DNA of 63,967 nt, filler included. It is 6 parts of 6 records of this genome, joined end to end, with 100 filler letters (N's around TTAATTAATTAA, not from the genome) between each part and the next. Parts side by side here need not be neighbours in the genome. Positions count along the whole stretch, not along the records: positions 1 to 25,611 come from SRR31156797_12615; 5 more parts are not named here. One strand, written 5' to 3'. This document shows positions 1-8,243 of this stretch, in pieces. Every line of letters begins with the position of its first letter. Positions within the stretch are counted from its first letter, which is position 1. The position numbers were made by a program, and so were the translations under genes. The notes below the pieces were generated by a model, which did not search any database, had not been told where the DNA came from, and saw only the letters and a program-made list of their open reading frames with translations.

Positions 1-119
1 CCCCCATCCTCTCCTTTTCCTAAACTTTTTGGGTCGCTTCGCGAGGGGGGGGGCGAAAAATCGCCGACCCGGAAGGTTTCGATTTTCAAGGGAAGGCCTG
101 CCAGTCAAGTCCCGGCAGG

Positions 120-210
120 CCTATTCACCACCCCTGTCAAGGTGTATTTTTATACCTATCAAGTGATTTAAGTATACATTTCTTCACATTTCGGGGTGTT
201 AGGAAAAACC
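120..210 (+). promoter_or_regulatory. Conserved upstream element, copy 1 (in front of Rhs gene)
   Basis: 77/91 nt identical without gaps to 2364-2454. Contains the imperfect inverted repeat AGGTGTA-N4-TATACCT and follows an AGGCCTGCC...GGCAGGCCT hairpin (94-122). Confidence 0.8.
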
Positions 211-271
211 AGGGGTATGGTTGTCTGGATTCTCGAGAATAATCCTTGAGGACGAAACCGTGGAGGATGAA

Positions 272-1534
272 ATGGTCCCCTATTCCTATACACTCAGGCA
301 CGATCAAAATGGTCGCATTGTGGAAAAAACCGAAACCGTCAACGGCAAGGCTGTTGTCTGGAAATATTCATATGACAAGGACGGGCGGTTGCAGGAGGCG
401 CATCTTGACGGACGACTGATCTGTCAGTGCCACTATGACAAGGAAGGTCGCCGCATACGTGATTACCTTCCGGCCACGGCTGGCCCGAACTATCGGGATT
501 ACACCTACACCATGGAAAATCGGCTGCTTCGGGCTGGAAAAGATTCGTACACACATGATGAAAAAGGCTTCCGGTCCATCTGGTCACATGGCGGCACGTA
601 TTATCTATACAAATATTCGCCCGACTATCGTCTGCTCAGGATGGAGGTGGAAGATCAGAATCGGGTCTTCACTTACCGTCATGACGACAACGGCCAACGC
701 ATTGCCAAGTATTGCAACGGCCAGTTGGTCGAGGCATACGCATGGCTCGATTTCGTCCGCCTTGCTGGCTTTCATGACGGACAACACGAGTACGAATTCG
801 CCTATCAGGACAAAACCCGCACCCCATACGCAATGCGCCGGGATGATGGCACAATCGCCTACCTCTTCTATGACCAAGTCGGAAGTCTTCGAGTCGTTGC
901 CGACCCGGAAGGCAATGTGATACAGGAAATTCTGTACGATCCATTTGGCGGCATCATTGAAGACACCAATCCGGGCCTGCGCATCCCTATCGGCTATGCC
1001 GGAGGCCTGCATGACCGCGATCTCGGCTTCGTCCGCTTCGGCTGGCGCGACTACGATGTAAACACCAGCAGATGGACCGCCCCGGACCCCATCGGCGACA
1101 AGGGTGGCGATTCAGACTGGTATGGGTATTGTCTGGATGATCCCGTGAACGGGGTGGACCCGTTGGGGTTGTTCAGGTTTGGGAAACGCCCATTGGGATT
1201 CTTGCCTGAAAATTGGCACGAGATCAGCATGAACGGATCAATAGCTGACAAATACAACTTTGAGCCCAAGCATGAACATGGATTCTACGAGGACGGCAGC
1301 GGCAATAATACTGGCTTATTTAAAGAAGGCCTCAAAAGAAAAGAAGACATTCACAAATACAAACTTGAAGACAAACATTACGACGACAAACGTATGGGGC
1401 GTGTTCAAAAGAGTGTTGACCCAGGTGAATACAATCTCATTGGCATCGGTGGAGTAAAAAACAACTGTCAGGATTATGCAGATAAAATGCGTGAACGTTA
1501 TAAATTACTCTGGCGCGGCGACAACATGCGATAA
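272..1534 (+). CDS. Short RHS-repeat protein with Rhs core and C-terminal toxin domain
   Basis: YD repeats (YSYDKDGRL, YDKEGRR), core motifs YDQVGS..YDPFG and RDYD...RWTAPDPIG, and DDPVNGVDPLG cleavage motif. ATG 272 has a GGAGG RBS; the ORF track starts at TTG 221. Confidence 0.93.
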   Translation: MVPYSYTLRHDQNGRIVEKTETVNGKAVVWKYSYDKDGRLQEAHLDGRLICQCHYDKEGRRIRDYLPATAGPNYRDYTYTMENRLLRAGKDSYTHDEKGFRSIWSHGGTYYLYKYSPDYRLLRMEVEDQNRVFTYRHDDNGQRIAKYCNGQLVEAYAWLDFVRLAGFHDGQHEYEFAYQDKTRTPYAMRRDDGTIAYLFYDQVGSLRVVADPEGNVIQEILYDPFGGIIEDTNPGLRIPIGYAGGLHDRDLGFVRFGWRDYDVNTSRWTAPDPIGDKGGDSDWYGYCLDDPVNGVDPLGLFRFGKRPLGFLPENWHEISMNGSIADKYNFEPKHEHGFYEDGSGNNTGLFKEGLKRKEDIHKYKLEDKHYDDKRMGRVQKSVDPGEYNLIGIGGVKNNCQDYADKMRERYKLLWRGDNMR

Positions 1535-1583
1535 ACAAAACGACATCGAGGGGCATAACGCCCCTCGGTTTGTAGGTACTTAA

Positions 1584-2120
1584 ATGCGATTAACAACGAT
1601 CATTATAATCATACTTACTCTTGGTGCCGCTTTTCTCTATAACACTATCTGGTTCCAAGCATTCTTTTTTCACAAAAAATTCTATGAAAATATTTATAGC
1701 GAGCCTTTTGATGTCACTAAAAAAAACGAATCAACATCTATAAAAATTAATTACAAATACAACACGTGTTATGACCTGTCTATTTCAGTCCCGGGGAGCA
1801 AATTATTTCACTCCGAAGGCATTGGTAAAGGAGTATTAAAGTATCAATTTATTTCGAACGGTCGAATACTTAAAGAGGGAACCTCATTCCAACCTTCAAA
1901 AAAGAATCTCTCACTATACAACGGAAGAAGTTCTGTTAGCATACTTGTTTTTGACCTTCCATTCCCAGGTGCAAACGGGGATCTTACACTAAATTTAAAA
2001 GTCATAGATCCTATGATTTTTTTGAAAAAATATTCAAACAACATCACTTGCCAGATTAATCCTGACTACAATCCCGACTTTAACCAATGTTACAATGAAG
2101 ATTTAAAGATTACTCAATAG
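1584..2120 (+). CDS. Putative immunity protein, exported or membrane-anchored
   Basis: AT-rich ORF directly downstream of the Rhs toxin domain, with a hydrophobic N-terminal segment. The immunity role is inferred from position. Confidence 0.65.
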   Translation: MRLTTIIIIILTLGAAFLYNTIWFQAFFFHKKFYENIYSEPFDVTKKNESTSIKINYKYNTCYDLSISVPGSKLFHSEGIGKGVLKYQFISNGRILKEGTSFQPSKKNLSLYNGRSSVSILVFDLPFPGANGDLTLNLKVIDPMIFLKKYSNNITCQINPDYNPDFNQCYNEDLKITQ

Positions 2121-2176
2121 ATGACAGAGAACAACATTCCGCACCTCAAAAACCCACTATGTTCACAATTATTCAC

Positions 2177-2274
2177 CATGACGAGATCTCGACTTCGTCC
2201 ATTTCGGCTGGCGCGACTACGATGTAAACACCGCTCCATATCCTCCGACTGATACGGGCACTTTCCCGACGCCC
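2177..2274 (+). pseudogene. Degenerate Rhs-core fragment
   Basis: 2185-2232 matches 1019-1066 at 45/48 nt and is followed by a decayed SDWYGYCLDDP segment that reads SD*YGHFPDAP. Confidence 0.8.
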
Positions 2275-2301
2275 CTTTTCAACTCCATCCGTTCACTTTT
2301 C

Positions 2302-2348
2302 AGGACAAGGCCTGCCGATCGAATCTCGGCAGGCCTTGTCCTTTTTTT
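2302..2348 (+). terminator. Intrinsic terminator
   Basis: AGGACAAGGCCTGCCGA / TCGGCAGGCCTTGTCCT stem followed by a T-run. Confidence 0.8.
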
Positions 2349-2363
2349 CGGCAAATAAACCGT

Positions 2364-2454
2364 CCTATTCCCCACCCCTGTCAAGGTGTTTTTTTATACC
2401 TATTGAATGATTTGAATATACATTCATTCACATTTCCCGGTTTTGCGAAAAACC
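2364..2454 (+). promoter_or_regulatory. Conserved upstream element, copy 2 (in front of phage-head module)
   Basis: Homologous to 120-210. It ends in a CCCGGTTTT-GCGA-AAAACCGGG hairpin (2436-2457). Confidence 0.8.
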
Positions 2455-2496
2455 GGGGTTAGCCTCCTGTGAAACATCTTACAGGAGGATTTTATT

Positions 2497-2781
2497 ATGG
2501 GAGGATCTGCATCAATAATCTCAACCGTGCTTGGCACAGTCGGAGGGTTGATCCAACACAAACCGGATTCATCCGGCGACATGGAAAAAGAACGCAAGGC
2601 TCGTGAAGAGCAACAGCGCAAAAAGGAGGCGGACGCCCGTCGAAGGGACAGGGAAAAGATAAATGAAGCCCGAAATCTGGAAAAAAAACGCAACGCCAGT
2701 ACACTCTCCAATGGAGCGGCATCTCTAGTTGAGGAAGAAGAAAACAATCCCACGGGCCTCAAGAACAAGTTGGGAGAGTAG
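2497..2781 (+). CDS. Small podophage-type protein upstream of portal
   Basis: Strong AGGAGG RBS, MGG start, charged coiled-coil middle and KLG end. Size and position match the small gene that precedes T7/BPP-1-type portals. Confidence 0.7.
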   Translation: MGGSASIISTVLGTVGGLIQHKPDSSGDMEKERKAREEQQRKKEADARRRDREKINEARNLEKKRNASTLSNGAASLVEEEENNPTGLKNKLGE

Positions 2782-2782
2782 C

Positions 2783-4561
2783 ATGGACGCAACAGAACGT
2801 GCGCGCTCGCTGCTCACCCGGTTCAGCGGGCTGGAAGAAGCACGGCAGCCATGGGTGAGTTCCTGGCAGGAATTGACCGAATACATGTTGCCCCGCAAGA
2901 ACAGTTTCACCTCCATTGGCGGATCCAACTCGTTTCGCGGTCAGACCGGTGATGAACGCATCTTCGACTCCACGCCCATGCACGCGCTGGAGCTGCTGGC
3001 TTCATCCTTGGGGGGCTTGCTTACCAACCCTTCCCTGCCGTGGTTCGATATCTCGGTTAAAGACCGTCAACTTGGTGACAATGCAGACGTACGCACCTTC
3101 CTTCAGGAAGCCCGCGAACGAATGGTTGCCGTATTCAACGCCGAAGATTCAGGGTTCCAGACTCATGTCCATGAACTTTATCTGGATGTGGCCCTGCTTG
3201 GTACTGCGGTGATGTATGTGGAAGCCGACAATGAAATGATTGTCCGATTTTCCACCAGACCGCTTGGCGAAGTCTATGTGGCCGAATCTGTTCGGGGTCA
3301 GGTGGACACCGTATACCGCAAATACGAAATATCCGCCCGTCAGGCCATTCAGGAATGGGGCGTGAACTGCTCGGATGAAACCAAACGCAAGGCCGAGGAC
3401 AAACCCGACGAGAAAGTGGAAATACTGCACGCGGTCTATCCTCGATCTGACCGCGACCCGCGTGGTCTGGGGGTAATGAACTTCCCCTATGCCAGCGTAT
3501 ACATGGAAACCAAGAACAATCACATTGTGGAAGAAACCGGCTATTTGGAAATGCCGTACATGGTTCCACGCTGGGCCAAGGCCGCAGGCGAAACCTATGG
3601 TCGTGGACCGGGCCAGACCGCCCTTTCCGATACCCGCGTGCTCAACGCCATGGCCCGTACTGCGCTTATGGCTGCCGAAAAGATGTCAGACCCGCCGCTC
3701 ATGGTGCCGGATGATGGCTTCCTCGGTCCGGTTCGCTCCGGTCCGGGTGGGTTGTCCTATTATCGGGCAGGATCATCAGACCGCATCGAAGCACTGCCGG
3801 TACATGTGGATCTCGGTGCCACCGAAGAGATGATGAACCAACGACGCGAGTCCATCCGGCGTATCTTCCTTGGCGACCAGATCGCCCCGGAAGGCCCGGC
3901 TGTCACCGCCACCGAAGCGGTTATCCGCCAATCCGAAAAAATGCGCGTCCTCGGCCCTGTCCTTGGCAGATTGCAAACTGAATTCCTCAGCCCGCTCATC
4001 AAACGCGTGTTCCGCATCATGCTCCGTAGCGGAGGCCTGCCTGCCTTCCCGCAAGGGCTAACGCCCGACGATCTGGACGTTCGCTACACCTCTCCTGTTG
4101 CCCGCGCTCAAAAGCAATACGAGGCACAGGGGTTATCCCAAACCATGGAATACCTCGGCCCGTTGGTGGGAGGCGCAGACGCCTTCGGAATCATGGACAA
4201 CTTCGACACCGATCGCATGGCTCGACACGTTGCCGAGCTGTTCGACACCCCGTCCGATTACCTGAAACCGGAACAGGATGTAGCTGCCGCTCGCGAAGGC
4301 AAAACCAAGGCTGCCGGAAGCGCACAGACCACAGCCACGGTCGCCAGCATGGCCACCATCGCCAAAACCCTGTCCGAAGCATACACGGACCGACCCAATG
4401 TTCTCACCGAACTGTGGGGAATGCTCGCCGGAGCGCTCGGTATTGTCGGACCACCGCCAGAACACATGGCTCCCGACCCCGCTCAGTCCGAAGATATGAC
4501 ACAGGAAGAGGCCATAGTCCTGCAACAAACGAAAGCAAACGAGGAGGCGTCCCATGCCTGA
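2783..4561 (+). CDS. Podovirus-type portal (head-to-tail connecting) protein
   Basis: Motifs WQELTEYMLP, FDST..ALELLAS.L...LT.P..PWF, VPRW...GETYGRGPG, TATE.....EKMRVLGPVLGRLQTEFL.PLI.R are typical of T7/BPP-1-like portals. ATG 2783 lies one base after the upstream stop. Confidence 0.92.
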   Translation: MDATERARSLLTRFSGLEEARQPWVSSWQELTEYMLPRKNSFTSIGGSNSFRGQTGDERIFDSTPMHALELLASSLGGLLTNPSLPWFDISVKDRQLGDNADVRTFLQEARERMVAVFNAEDSGFQTHVHELYLDVALLGTAVMYVEADNEMIVRFSTRPLGEVYVAESVRGQVDTVYRKYEISARQAIQEWGVNCSDETKRKAEDKPDEKVEILHAVYPRSDRDPRGLGVMNFPYASVYMETKNNHIVEETGYLEMPYMVPRWAKAAGETYGRGPGQTALSDTRVLNAMARTALMAAEKMSDPPLMVPDDGFLGPVRSGPGGLSYYRAGSSDRIEALPVHVDLGATEEMMNQRRESIRRIFLGDQIAPEGPAVTATEAVIRQSEKMRVLGPVLGRLQTEFLSPLIKRVFRIMLRSGGLPAFPQGLTPDDLDVRYTSPVARAQKQYEAQGLSQTMEYLGPLVGGADAFGIMDNFDTDRMARHVAELFDTPSDYLKPEQDVAAAREGKTKAAGSAQTTATVASMATIAKTLSEAYTDRPNVLTELWGMLAGALGIVGPPPEHMAPDPAQSEDMTQEEAIVLQQTKANEEASHA

Positions 4562-4784
4562 CACCCCTCCTCTGGAACTGCACCGAGCCTATAAACGGCT
4601 TTTTGAATCGGCTGACGGCGCAACAATCATGGATGATTTGGAAAAACGCGGAAGCTTCATGCGCTCCACATTTTCCACGGATGCAGGGCGCACACAGTTC
4701 AATGAAGGACGCAGATCGCTGATCCTGCACATGAAACACATGCTCAATGAAAACAACTTCATCAATAAGGAAAACAACCGATGA
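4554..4784 (+). CDS. Bbp19-like small phage protein
   Basis: AYKRLF...DG..I.DDL....F..ST.......FNEGRRSL motif. It overlaps both the portal stop and the scaffold start. Confidence 0.75.
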   Translation: MPDTPPLELHRAYKRLFESADGATIMDDLEKRGSFMRSTFSTDAGRTQFNEGRRSLILHMKHMLNENNFINKENNR

Positions 4785-5617
4785 CACCCAATACCAATAA
4801 AAAATGGCAGATGACCCTTCCCGAAGACTGGACCGTCAAACAGGCTGACGAAAACGGCATGGAAACGGAAATGCTCCTGCGCGACCATCCGGTTCTCGCC
4901 AAATACGCCACCAAGGACGAAGCCGTGAAGGCTTTGGTTCATGCCCAGCGCATGATCGGCAAAAGCCCGGAAGGTTATGTCCGCATGCCCGGCGATGACG
5001 ATGGCCCTGAAGAGTTGGCTGCTTTTTATACTGCTCTGGGCCGTCCCGAAGCAGCGGAAGGATATGAGCTGCCGAATATGGACGTGCCCGATGGCTTTGA
5101 AATCCGCGAAGACCTGATCAACGGCCTCAGACAAAAATCCCACGAACTGGGCTTGACCCCGAAACAGGTGTCCGGGTTGTACGAGTGGTTCATGCCGCTG
5201 GTCATGGACGCCCATCACGGAATTGAGAGCGAGGCGCAATCCCTGCGCGAGGCTGAACTGGAATCCCTGCGTTCCATTCATCGCGGCGACACACCCACCA
5301 TGCTCGATAATGCCATGCGCGCTGCCGAAGCCATTGGTGGTGACGACCTGCTGACGGCTCTTGACAAAACTAATGCGGGCAACCACGCCGCCGTCATCAA
5401 CGCATTCGCCAAAATCGCGCCACTGGTACTCGAAGGAGGTCTGCGTGGCTCAACCAAGGGCTGGGGTGAAGACCTTTCCATCGAACGACTGCGAGAAATG
5501 ATGAAAGATCCCCGCTTCAGCGATCCGTCCAAACGCGACTCTACCTTCGTCAAAAAAGTCAACGAAGGCTTTGAACTACTCTACCCCGGCGACTATGTCC
5601 CCGGCAGCAGACTCTAA
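4781..5617 (+). CDS. Putative capsid assembly (scaffold) protein
   Basis: W...LPED, AQRMIG, FY.ALGRPE...GY and HELGLTPKQ motifs, and a C-terminal MKDPRF.DP. Occupies the scaffold position after the portal. Confidence 0.75.
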   Translation: MTPNTNKKWQMTLPEDWTVKQADENGMETEMLLRDHPVLAKYATKDEAVKALVHAQRMIGKSPEGYVRMPGDDDGPEELAAFYTALGRPEAAEGYELPNMDVPDGFEIREDLINGLRQKSHELGLTPKQVSGLYEWFMPLVMDAHHGIESEAQSLREAELESLRSIHRGDTPTMLDNAMRAAEAIGGDDLLTALDKTNAGNHAAVINAFAKIAPLVLEGGLRGSTKGWGEDLSIERLREMMKDPRFSDPSKRDSTFVKKVNEGFELLYPGDYVPGSRL

Positions 5618-5679
5618 ACCATGAAAATAGGCCGGGTGCGAAATGTCGCTCCCGGCCATCCATACACGAGAAATATACT

Positions 5680-6623
5680 ATGAAATCAATGTTAAATAGC
5701 GATGCATACACACGCACACGAAAAACATCTACACCGGCAACGAGGACCGACAATGGCTTGAATATGCCGATGGAACTCTTGAGCCGGTTCGAAAAAACGG
5801 AAACCTGAACAAAAAGTTCCACGACAATCCGCAGACACTGGACTGGTGGACAGTAGACAAGCCCAGGGATTGGGACCCAGTCAAGGAAGGCAGAAAGGTT
5901 TCCCTGAACCATGATTACGGTCAGGAAAACAACCCAAAGAAAAAAACGAAAGCACCAAACAGTACACGCAGAACCATGGAGTTCAGAAAAGGCAAAGACG
6001 AATTTATTCCCATCCCATTGCCCCACCGCAATGGCGACAAGATGACACCCCAACTCTATGGGAAGGGCAAGACAGCCTTGCTTCAAGGGGCCGAAGCATA
6101 TCATGAGTTTGAAGCTCAACGTCAGGCAACAAAAACGGAAACCAAGGAAACTTCCGAAAACGGACCTGAAAAACCAACAAAATATGCCGGCGCAGACGCT
6201 GTTCCAAGGCCCACACTTCAAGATGACAAGGATTCCACAGAAAACCCTGGCGCGGCCAGCACCGGAGTCCTCGGTGGCATGGTTCAGTCCAATGGGCAGC
6301 ACGGTCAAGGTAAGGCGACCGGGGATGATCAAAGGATCGAACAATTCAAAAGGGAATATAAAGCGGCTAATAATAGCAAAAAAGGGAAATTTAAAACCCA
6401 ATTCAAAAAAGAAATCAACGAACTCAAAGAAAAAGCAAAAACCGCAAAAGGAAAAGAAAGAAAAAAGCTACTCCGACGGGCAAATCAATGGTCTGGAGCG
6501 CTAAAGGTCCTCACTGATGGCAAAATTAGACCAATTGGACCAGCAATCCTTTTCAATGCTCCACTGATGAAAAAGATCATTAAAAGCCCTTTCAGCGATC
6601 CAAATATTCCGAACAAAACATAA
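5680..6623 (+). pseudogene. Frameshifted (or phase-variable) hypothetical gene with Lys-rich, AT-rich C-terminus
   Basis: The frame of 5976-6623 stays open back to 5700. ATG 5680 would join it if one A were added to the A5 run at 5721-5725. Confidence 0.55.
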
Positions 6624-6653
6624 ACAAGAGGCGGCCAATTGCCGCCTCTTGTT
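6623..6653. terminator. Bidirectional terminator between convergent genes
   Basis: AAACAAGAGGCGGC-CAATT-GCCGCCTCTTGTTT inverted repeat. Confidence 0.75.
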
Positions 6654-7069
6654 TATGTTTTCTTAATATATAATGTGCCGTCAACATAGTACACATCGTA
6701 ATATTGACGATGATCGCGACGGACATTTTCCGCTTGTTCCAATTTTTTGAGCCACTTTGCTAAAGCATTTAAAATATCATGTTTTTTCAACAACTTTTTA
6801 ACTTGTTGTGACACGCTTGACGGTACAGCAAAAACCCCGATACTTGGTGACATTTTATACCAGTTTCCAGGAAGAAATGCCTCCCCGGTCATACTTGAAC
6901 CAAGGACCAAGATTTTTTTTTCTTTACCGGCACAACAGGTGTAGCTCACATACTCCAAATCCGTTACCTCAGCTTTCTCCAAGGCTTCATCCAAATCCCC
7001 TCTCTTGATGGGATAGGTATATCCTTTGACCAGCTTGTCCCGACCCGAAAACCTATATTCCAATGTCAT
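6653..7069 (-). CDS. Hypothetical protein (138 aa)
   Basis: AAGGAG RBS before ATG 7069 (MTLEYRFSG...). The longer ORF-track extension overlaps rlmN and is unlikely. Confidence 0.7.
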   Translation of the reverse strand: MTLEYRFSGRDKLVKGYTYPIKRGDLDEALEKAEVTDLEYVSYTCCAGKEKKILVLGSSMTGEAFLPGNWYKMSPSIGVFAVPSSVSQQVKKLLKKHDILNALAKWLKKLEQAENVRRDHRQYYDVYYVDGTLYIKKT

Positions 7070-7187
7070 CTCGTTCTCCTTCGAGAAAAAGATATACCTT
7101 GGACGTACACCCTGTGCAAGACCAAAGGCACAGGCCATAAGCCCCCTGACTTGACACAGTCCGTCATGCCGTACACAAGGGACGCGC

Positions 7188-8219
7188 ATGCAAAATCTTA
7201 TTGAATTGACAAAAAATGACCTTGAGGCGTTCGTTGCCGAGGATTTGAAAGAACCTCGTTTCCGCACCGAACAGATCTGGCAATGGCTGTGGCAGAAGCG
7301 CGTCCGCAACATTGACGCCATGACCAACCTGTCCAAGCCGCTCCGGGAAAAAGTCGCCACCATGGCAACCATTGCCTGGCCGGAAATCGCCAAAGTCGCC
7401 ACAAGCAAGGATGGGACCATCAAGTTGCTGTTGCGCATGGGTGACGGTGCGCTCATCGAGACCGTGCTCATCCCCATGAATGACCGTTACTCCCAATGCC
7501 TGTCCACTCAGGTGGGCTGTGCCATGGCGTGTACTTTCTGCAACACCGGCAAGCTCGGCTTCGAACGCAACCTGACCTATGGCGAAATCATGGGGCAGAT
7601 TCTGGTAGGCCGCCAATATCTGGAAGATCAGGGCATGAACCCACTCAAGAACCTCGTGTTCATGGGCATGGGAGAGCCGCTGCTCAACCTTGACACCCTT
7701 ATCAAAGTATTGACCGACCTGCCGTGTGAACGGGGGCTGTCTCTGTCATGGCGCCGGTCTATGGTTTCCACTGTCGGCTTCCCCGACAAACTCAAAATTT
7801 TAGGCGACCTTGAAATTGCCCTGCCTGCCATTTCCCTGCACGCTCCCACGCAGGAATTGCGCGCCAAGATCATGCCCAAGGCCGCCAAAGTACATATTAA
7901 TGACCTCATGGCCTGCCTCAAGACGTACCCTATGCGCCAACGCGAACGGATCACTTTTGAGTACCTGCTCTTGAAAGATGTGAATGACTCAATGGAGCAC
8001 GCGGACCAACTGGCTCGTCTCGTTGATCGCAGAAAGGGCAAGATCAACCTCATCGCGTACAACGCCACTGTGGGTATGCCCTACGACGCACCGGATCGAG
8101 CCAAGGTTGAAGCCTTTGAAAAACGTCTGTGGGATCACGGATTGACCGCCTTTATCCGTCGCTCCATGGGGTCAGATATCGAAGCGGCATGTGGTCAGCT
8201 CAAAGCTGAAAACATGTAA
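7188..8219 (+). CDS. rlmN: 23S rRNA/tRNA m2A methyltransferase
   Basis: CLSTQVGCAMACTFC radical SAM motif, MGMGEP, SLHA and DIEAACGQL. Confidence 0.96.
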   Translation: MQNLIELTKNDLEAFVAEDLKEPRFRTEQIWQWLWQKRVRNIDAMTNLSKPLREKVATMATIAWPEIAKVATSKDGTIKLLLRMGDGALIETVLIPMNDRYSQCLSTQVGCAMACTFCNTGKLGFERNLTYGEIMGQILVGRQYLEDQGMNPLKNLVFMGMGEPLLNLDTLIKVLTDLPCERGLSLSWRRSMVSTVGFPDKLKILGDLEIALPAISLHAPTQELRAKIMPKAAKVHINDLMACLKTYPMRQRERITFEYLLLKDVNDSMEHADQLARLVDRRKGKINLIAYNATVGMPYDAPDRAKVEAFEKRLWDHGLTAFIRRSMGSDIEAACGQLKAENM

Positions 8220-8243
8220 TCTCGATCAAATGAAATTTAAATA

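Noticed and set aside
1-60. Possible tail of an intergenic repeat family (AAACTTTTTGGGTCGCTTCGCGAGGGG)
   Set aside because: Looks like a dispersed repeat end, but it is cut by the window edge and has no second copy here.
94-2454. Direct repeats flanking the Rhs cassette read as att sites or IS ends
   Set aside because: Only about 85% identical, no recombinase nearby, and both copies occupy promoter positions.
2497-5617. Calling the portal cluster an intact prophage
   Set aside because: No integrase, att sites, terminase, capsid, tail, replication or lysis genes are visible. A decayed prophage remnant cannot be fully excluded.
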